Shown here: positions 61,954 to 64,000 of the stretch, in pieces
Position numbering within the stretch: position 1 is the first letter of the stretch
Layout of the letters: every line of letters starts with the position of its first letter
Source: Mobula hypostoma
Taxonomy: Eukaryota
Direction of reading: 5' to 3'
Length of the DNA: 64,000 bases
NCBI RefSeq assembly: GCF_963921235.1
Contig: NC_086097.1
Coordinates: 12,710,001-12,774,000, forward strand
Notes under the pieces: generated by a model
Told to the model about the DNA's origin: nothing
What the model saw: only the letters and a program-made list of their open reading frames with translations
The model's database searches: none
Program-made: the position numbers and the translations under genes

Positions 61954-62472
61954 ATTTAGAGATACAGCATGGTATCCTTCCAGCCCAATGAGCCTGCATC
62001 ACCCATATGCTCAATTAAACTACTAACCCATATGACTTTTAGAAAGTGGGAGGAAAGCAAAGCGCCAGGAGGAAACCTTAGCAGTCTTGAGGAGATTGAA
62101 CCCAATTTGCTGATGTTGTAACAGTGTTACACTGACTGCTGTGCTACCATCCCTGATTCTGTGAACTACAACCATCTGTCTTTACAGAGGTGTGGTTCAA
62201 CTCAGTGTATATGGGTTTCTATCCATTTCAAGCTTATCTGTCCCCGTGACACTGCACTCAGTCAAAGACAACCTTGATCAAGAAAAGCACTTATACCTCA
62301 CCTCTGGAATTCAACTTCTTTAGCTCCAGGGCAGTTTATGTGGGCAGCAACAATGGTGCAGCCAATGGAGTAACAAGTACACAAAGTGCTGGAGGAACTC
62401 AGCTGGTCGGGCAGCATCAATGGAGGGAAATGAACAGTTGAAGTTTCGTGCCGAGATCCTTCAGCCAGTATA

Positions 62473-64000
62473 AGAAACATAGAAACATAGAAAATAGGTG
62501 CAGGAGTAGGCCATTCGGCCCTTCGAGCCTGCACCGCCATTTATTATGATCATGGCTGATCATCCAACTCAGAATCCTGCACCAGCCTTCCCTCCATACC
62601 CCCTGATCCCCGTAGCCACAAGGGCCATATCTAACTCCCTCTTAAATATAGCCAATGAACTGGCCTCAACTGTTTCCTGTGGCAGAGAATTCCACAGACT
62701 CACCACTTCCTGTGTGAAGAAGTTTTTCCTAATCTCAGTCCTAAAAGGCTTCCCCTTTATCCTCAAACTGTGACCCCTTGTTCTGGACTTCCCCAACATT
62801 GAGAACAATCTTCCTGCATCTAGCCTGTCCAATCCCTTTAGGATTTTATACGTTTCAATCAGATCCCCCCTCAATCTTCTAAATTCCAACGAGTACAAGC
62901 CTACTTCATCCAGTCTTTATTCATATGAAAGTCCTGCCATCCCAGGAATCAATCTGGTGAACCTTCTTTGTACTCCCTCTATGGCAAGGATGTCTTTCCT
63001 CAGATTAGGGGACCAAAACTGCACACAATACTCCAGGTGTGGTCTCACCAAGGCCTTGTACAACTGCAGTAGTACCTCCCTGCTCCTGTACTCGAATCCT
63101 CTCGCTATAAATGCCAGCATACCATTCGCCTTTTTCACCGCCTGCTGTACCTGCATGCCCACTTTCAATGACTGGTGTATAATGACACCCAGGTCTCGTT
63201 GCACCTCCCCTTTTCCTAATCGGCCACCATTCAGATAATAATCTGTTTTCCTATTTTTGCCACCAAAGTGGATAACTTCACATTTATCCACATTAAATTG
63301 CATCTGCCATGAATTTGCCCACTCACCCAACCTATCCAAGTCACCCTGCACCCTCTTAGCATCCTCCTCACAGCTAACACTGCCGCCCAGCTTCGTGTCA
63401 TCCGCAAACTTGGAGATGCTGCATTTAATTCCCTCATCCAAGCCATTAATATATATTGTAAACAACTGGGGTCCCAGCACTGAGCCTTGCGGTACCCCAC
63501 TAGTCACCGCCTGCCATTCTGAAAAGGTCCCGTTTATTCCCACTCTTTGCTTCCTGTCTGCTAACCAATTCTCTATCCACATCAATACCTTACCCCCAAT
63601 ACCGTGTGCTTTAAGTTTGCACACTAATCTCCTGTGTGGGACCTTGTCAAAAGCCTTTTGAAAATCCAAATATACCACATCCATTGGTTCTCCCCTATCC
63701 ACTCTACTAGTTACATCCTCAAAAAATTCTATGAGATTCGTCAGACATTATTTTCCTTTCACAAATCCATGCTGACTTTGTCCGATCATTTCACCGCTTT
63801 CCAAATGTGCTGTTATCACCTCTTTGATAACTGACTCCAGCAGTTTCCCCACCACCGACGTTAGGCTAACCGGTCTATAATTCCCCGGTTTCTCTCTCCT
63901 TCCTTTTTTAAAAAGTGGGGTTACATTAGCCACCCTCCAATCCTCAGGAACTAGTCCAGAATCTAACGAGTTTTGAAAAATTATCACTAATGCATCCACC
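62473..64000 (-). mobile_element. Young CR1 LINE, disabled, running off the window edge
   Basis: Same family as the other young copies. Nonsense TAA codons at 63748-63750 and 62917-62919. Confidence 0.95.

Overview
This is eukaryotic (vertebrate) genomic DNA dominated by transposable elements. The repeat mix (CR1 LINEs, V-SINE-like SINEs, Rex1/Babar, Penelope) suggests a cartilaginous fish, probably a ray; that is inference. Retroelements: four young CR1 copies (two with intact 999-codon ORF2, one with part of an SGNH-esterase ORF1), older CR1 fragments, several Rex1/Babar LINEs, a decayed Gypsy LTR element, R4/Dong-like and Vingi-like remnants, and many Penelope-like (PLE) fragments carrying minimal hammerhead-ribozyme motifs. 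There are also SINEs and small DNA-transposon MITEs. The top finding is at the CR1 ORF1/ORF2 junction: a T-TTA-AAC slippery heptamer directly before the ORF1 stop, with ORF2 in the -1 frame and no in-frame ATG until codon 202, which points to programmed -1 ribosomal frameshifting. Also notable are fold-back, hammerhead-terminated PLE elements with 13-17 bp target-site duplications (TSDs). A tentative chain of phase-compatible minus-strand exons may belong to an unidentified host gene. No CRISPR, rRNA or true tRNA genes were seen. All boundaries were read by eye and are approximate for old elements.
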